Shown here piece after piece: positions 57,026-64,000 of a stretch of 64,000 bases of DNA. The stretch comes from Eledone cirrhosa (Eukaryota). The DNA lies in assembly GCA_964016885.1 (NCBI GenBank), contig OZ024744.1, forward strand, positions 83,204,001 to 83,268,000, in the 5' to 3' direction. The position numbers and the translations under genes were made by a program. The notes beneath the pieces were generated by a model. That model saw nothing but the letters and a program-made list of their open reading frames with translations. It made no database searches and was not told the DNA's origin. The first letter of the stretch is position 1; every line of letters starts with the position of its first letter.

Positions 57026-57029
<4 letters not shown>
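56840..57029 (+). mobile_element. Fold-back family P
   Basis: Hairpin 56840-56949 plus the same tail. Confidence 0.85.
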
Positions 57030-57080
<51 letters not shown>

Positions 57081-57482
57081 GTGTGTGTGTGGATTTGTTT
57101 ATATATATGCAACGTGTTAACGGAAACAATAACGCAAACAACACAGTACAACGAAGAATTATATTATAAACAAAGAAATATATTATATACATACATACAC
57201 ACATACATGCATACATTCATACATTCATACATACTTACATACATACATACATACATATATTCACGTTTATATATACACATGAATATCAAATACATACCTA
57301 TATATATATATATATACATACACATATACATACATACACACATACATGCATACATTCTTACATACATACATTCATACACACTTATATATATATATATATA
57401 TATATATATAACCAATTACATACATAAGTATATATATATTCATACACATATACATACATGCACACTTACGTACATACATTTC

Positions 57483-57525
<43 letters not shown>

Positions 57526-57777
57526 TTGGGATATTTAATATCTTCAATGATTTCACCTAAACATGTGTTAAACAATACTTAACCTTATCTCTAATAATAA
57601 TTTTTCCTTAACTACTCAGATAAATTGAGCAGCCTGCTATTTCTAGCACATGAATTAACGCTTATGTCCACCTTTTTGTGGCGCATGGGGAAAATAAATG
57701 AAATGGGTGTCTTTTAAACAGAGATTTACTTAAAGTAATGTATAATGGAATAAATACGTATCAAACGCTTTGTGGTC

Positions 57778-57851
<74 letters not shown>

Positions 57852-57925
57852 ATAATAATAAAATTGAAGACTAAAATCCAAAGAGGACTCGATCAGGAAA
57901 ATATATATCAAATATATAAGAACCG

Positions 57926-57961
<36 letters not shown>

Positions 57962-57993
57962 TACATACACACACACATACACACACACACATA

Positions 57994-58035
<42 letters not shown>

Positions 58036-58592
58036 CACGCACACACATATGTATATTCAATATGCATATATATTTATATATATATGTGAGTGTGTGTGTG
58101 TTTGTGTGTGAGTGCTTGTGTGTGTGTGTGTGCATGTGTATGTGTACGTATTTGTGTGTGTGCATACATGAATATAATATAGAAATATATTTGACATTCT
58201 TAATACTAATCCCTATGATGTTGGGAGAACTTTTTATATAAGACTACGCACCTTATGCTTACACCTCATATACAAACATATATAAATATATTTCTTATCT
58301 AAGGCCCAATGACTGATGTTCTTGTACTGTTGACCATAGAGAATCTCCAGCTGTTGAAAGATGGAGTTCCTGATATATCTTTCGTCTTTCTGTAGCGAAA
58401 ATATTGCTACAATGTAAAATCCAAACATTTACCTGTAAAGAATATATCAGATGAAAAGTCTTTCAGAAATAGTGTATAGAATTCATATTTTTTAGCACTT
58501 TGCCCATATGACGTACTGTGAGCACACACACAAACACTCACATGCACACACGCGTAAACACAATCGCCATTTCTTCATCAAAACCATACCCT

Positions 58593-58646
<54 letters not shown>

Positions 58647-58846
58647 CACATGTGTGTTTCTGTATGTATATATGTATGTACATGTATATTTATGTATATA
58701 TTTTACGCATACATATACACATGGAAACACATATATATGTGTATTTGCTTATAAATATACATATGTATATATATATATATGTGTATATATATGTGTATAT
58801 ATACACATGGAAACACATATATATGTGTATATGCTTATATATATAC

Positions 58847-58982
<136 letters not shown>

Positions 58983-59554
58983 GATATAAACGATACCTTG
59001 TTATCCTATGTATATATATATATAAAAACAATACCTTGTTATCCTATATATATATATATATATATATATATAAGTAGTCATTCTACGGACAGTTTTACCT
59101 ATTTGTCTACCTACCGCTGTGTGTATTTGTGTGTATCTTCTTATATGCGTACCCTTTTAAGTAAGTGTGGCGCATCCGGTATTTCCGGACTTTATCTCGG
59201 CATATATTGGCGCGCATAACAGACGAGATTTTTCGACTGTATTCCCCAGTACGTTGAATTCGGAGTACAATTCAAGCTATCCATTCTCAATTGCCATTTT
59301 CCATGTAAAAATACTAGACAAGCCAATAGATAATAATTCCAGGAAACAATTTCTATTTACAGCAGTATATACGGATATACATACATAAATGTACACTCAC
59401 ACACACACAAACAGATGCATATATAAATATATACACACACACACACATATATATATATTTAAAAAAATAGAGGTGTGACACACGAGTTGTGATATATTAG
59501 TAAAAAGGAAAAGAAAATGCTGAGGAATACCAACTCCCCAGGGAGTGCTAAGCT

Positions 59555-59590
59555 CTGAGGAATACCAACAGTATGAAACAGAAATCTGTC
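59555..59590 (+). ncRNA. Hammerhead core in a family Q copy (element 59493-59709)
   Basis: CTGAGGA-ATAC-caaca-GTAT-GAAAC-AG-aaat-CT-GTC; 5' strand of stem I missing. Confidence 0.65.
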
Positions 59591-59728
59591 AAAACTTAAA
59601 ACTAAAACTGAATACTAACTAATACTTATTACTATCTTATACTTATACCTAATTAAACTATTTTCCACTGGGACAAATTTGTTAGCTTTTCTTTTTCCTT
59701 TTTACTAATATATATATATATATAAATA

Positions 59729-59849
<121 letters not shown>

Positions 59850-60139
59850 CATATATATACATACATATATACATATATATATAAATACATATATATATAT
59901 GTAATGTATATGCATTCATATTTATATAGAGACACACGCATATTATATTACATTATATTATGGTATATTATATTATATTATAAAGTATTATTATTTAGCT
60001 CTGGTTTTGATATAATTGGGTATAATATATATTTAAGCTTCATATATTTTCTTTAACAGTCACAGTAAAACAGATCACGATGTCTTCTGAGAGTTAACTA
60101 TTATTAGAGTATATACATACATACAAATATACAAATACA

Positions 60140-60791
<652 letters not shown>

Positions 60792-61096
60792 AATATATAT
60801 AATAGTGAATCGTTAACTTAGCCCATGCCATAAATTTGTGTTTCGAAGGGAAATCCCGTTAACTACTGATCCATTACAAATGTAAGAAAAGCGAGTCTTT
60901 ACCGCGACCATCCAATCTGTTTTTACTGGACATATTCTAGTTAGTTCTATACAATATGGTTTATATATTATGATCTTTGCAGAATTTCGGTGGCTTAATA
61001 CCTTCACATTAAATGATTATATATACTACTTTCTTTAAATTAAGGATTCGCGAGTAGAATAATTGCTTACTTGTTCTTACGTAAACACAGACACAA

Positions 61097-61156
<60 letters not shown>

Positions 61157-61308
61157 GACATACACACACATTCTATCGGGTCCCTCATATATATGTATAT
61201 GCATATTTTATATTAAAATATGCGTATATATTTATGAATCTACATACATTCAAACATACACACACACATATATAATATTGAGTTATTTATATCTATGTGT
61301 ATGTAAAG

Positions 61309-61395
<87 letters not shown>

Positions 61396-62107
61396 TATTG
61401 AGTTGTTTAGCTCTTTTTTCAATATAATTAGGTATAATAATGTGTATGATCGGAATGTATTTACAGGTACTTAGGCATTTCTCTCCTATATCGTCTGGCT
61501 GATCAATGCCATGTGAATAGAATTTGGAACATAGAAAGTGTTCATATATATATATATACTTGTATATTCTTAGAAAATGCAGATATCTCAAACGCAGGAA
61601 CCAACTGCTATAAATTCTAATTTAGAAAATCTGGTAAAATGCCCCTATACATGGATAAAAGTAGACATATGTGTAGATGTGTGTCTGTCAGGTGTGTTAT
61701 CCATTTGTTTCCCTTTATGTAACTTAAATAGGTGCCCCAGATATATCGCTCTCCAACGACTGGTTTCTGCTCTCGTGACCATTTCAAAAGTGTAACTTCA
61801 AGGGGTACATTATTGGTGGATTTAGTGTGATTTTAACCCGTATCGTTATGTGGAGCTTACATCCTTTCAGTCAACTCCGTTAAGAAAACAAAGACTATAA
61901 ACTATTTGATATGATCTAAATTCTTTGACACTACAGTGATTCAACACGTATTGACTAGAAGGAAATCAAATTGAAGAATAGGCACAAAGGAAGAAAATAC
62001 TTATTGAGAACGTCTCAGAATGTGTGACGAAACAGCGTTGACAAATAGATAACCAACCGTCTACTAAACTAATCGACGAATGGATTAGTTACCCGAGTAA
62101 TGTGGGT

Positions 62108-62320
62108 TTCTGATTTAGGCACAATTCTAAACATTCGTTGAGAAGGGAATGTCTATTATATGAACCCCCAGTACATTCTTAGTACTTTATTCTATCGACC
62201 CCGGAAGGATGAAAGGTAAAGTTAACCTCTACGGAATTTGATCTCGGAATATAAAAGCTAAAACAAAATCTGCAAAACAGTTCGGTTCTCAATCTCTCGA
62301 TTCTGCCAATCCACTGCCCG
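62108..62320 (-). mobile_element. Diverged SINE family S1
   Basis: TATCGACCCCGGAAGGATGAAAGGTAAAGTTAACCTC core. Confidence 0.75.
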
Positions 62321-62395
62321 TGAGAAATAATAAAACTGGGGTGAAACTGATCCAGTATGTGTGTTCTTATTAGCAGCATGTACCTCCAATTAAGA

Positions 62396-62440
<45 letters not shown>

Positions 62441-62873
62441 TACATATATGATGAAACGAAGGTATCGAATAAGACAGACACACCAATGGTCGTTTAGTCA
62501 CTCAATAAGTTAATTAAATCTGTATTATTAAGACACACACCCAAGAAAATTAGAGTGCACACTTATGCGTTAATTAGGGAGAAAAACGATTTTGTGTAGG
62601 GAGAAAATTTCATTTGCCGGCCCCGGACCAATGCTTTAGTTTTGTAACACTAAGATTGTTCGTAATTGTAATAAACAGCTTCTACTGAATATATATATAA
62701 GTATTTTTGAAACAGTAAGCGAGTTTGAAATTAGAAATATAAGCTTTCACCGAATTTTTTACTAAAGAAATTTTTAGCCTGATAAAATGAAAAAAGCTGA
62801 GTCTTGACGTACATGTACGTCAATACTCATCTTTTTCATTGGTCAAAAATACAGTGAAAGCTTATATTTCTAA

Positions 62874-63034
<161 letters not shown>

Positions 63035-63346
63035 TTTCTGAATTTGTTTAGCAAGATTCTTTATCTGAAAACGATTTTTGAAACCGATATTGTTATACTT
63101 TGGGAGGGTCGTGTTGCCAATAATATATATATTCACATATACACAAATATCTATGCTTATTTATATGCATCTCCTCATTTTACTCGGGTAAAGTCTCTTA
63201 CTATTATTGGTTTGTGCTAACTGGCCGATACATAGGAGCAAATATAAATTTTATCACCCTCCAGTTTCGAAGGCAAACAAAATTGTTAAAATTATTTGCA
63301 ATTTTAATAAATAGCTTCCACAAAACTTATATATATGAATATCCCA

Positions 63347-63404
63347 GGCTTCCTGATGAGTTCTCCCGAATGAAGAATGAAACAGTCCTTGTTCTGTAGA
63401 AGCC
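63347..63404 (+). ncRNA. Complete type I hammerhead ribozyme (family K)
   Basis: Stem I GGCTTC/GAAGCC; CTGATGA; stem II GTTCT/AGAAT; GAAAC-AG...CT-GTA; predicted cleavage after 63398. Confidence 0.88.
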
Positions 63405-63407
63405 ATT

Positions 63408-63553
<146 letters not shown>

Positions 63554-63798
63554 ATATATAAATATATATATATGTATATATATATATATATGTATCTATG
63601 TATATATATATTTGTGGAGGCAGGTGTTGTGCATATATATATATAGATACAATGTGCGTGTGAGTGTGTCTGTATATATATATATATATGTATATACATG
63701 TATATGTATATATATGAATAAATATGTCTGTATATACGTATATATATATATATATATATATAAATATATGTATATATATATATATATTATTTACATTA

Positions 63799-63919
<121 letters not shown>

Positions 63920-64000
63920 GTCCCCCACGTACCACTCTCAAGCGTGAAACAAAAAACCATACCATTTTGTACTGCCTCCATGTTTTTTTGTTCTCTGTTC

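Overview
This is AT-rich eukaryotic (animal) repeat DNA, dominated by (TA)n, (CA)n, (GA)n, (GATA)n and (TATG)n microsatellites. The SINE families and microsatellite load suggest an octopus-like mollusc genome (inference). No host gene can be called confidently, and almost all ORFs in the track are microsatellite translations. Four groups of features stand out. (1) A full-length, apparently intact two-ORF L1/Tx1-clade LINE (1198-6992, minus) sits in a (GATA)n tract, followed by two more 5'-truncated copies, each bounded by (GATA)n. A sibling 3' end at 36133 abuts (CA)n instead. (2) Penelope-like (RT + GIY-YIG) remnants, one carrying a minimal hammerhead ribozyme and inverted termini (28557-30906). 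(3) RTE-type LINE fragments, many tRNA-derived SINEs and a hAT-type MITE. (4) The most striking pattern is about ten families of short non-coding elements embedded in (TA)n. Many carry hammerhead ribozyme (HHR) cores, and most are built as head-to-head inverted duplications, with one arm ending at a fixed internal TA site and the other running to the 3' tail. Two are also terminally redundant (about 430 and 570 nt units), like retrozymes. All alignments and folds were done by eye, so boundaries are approximate.
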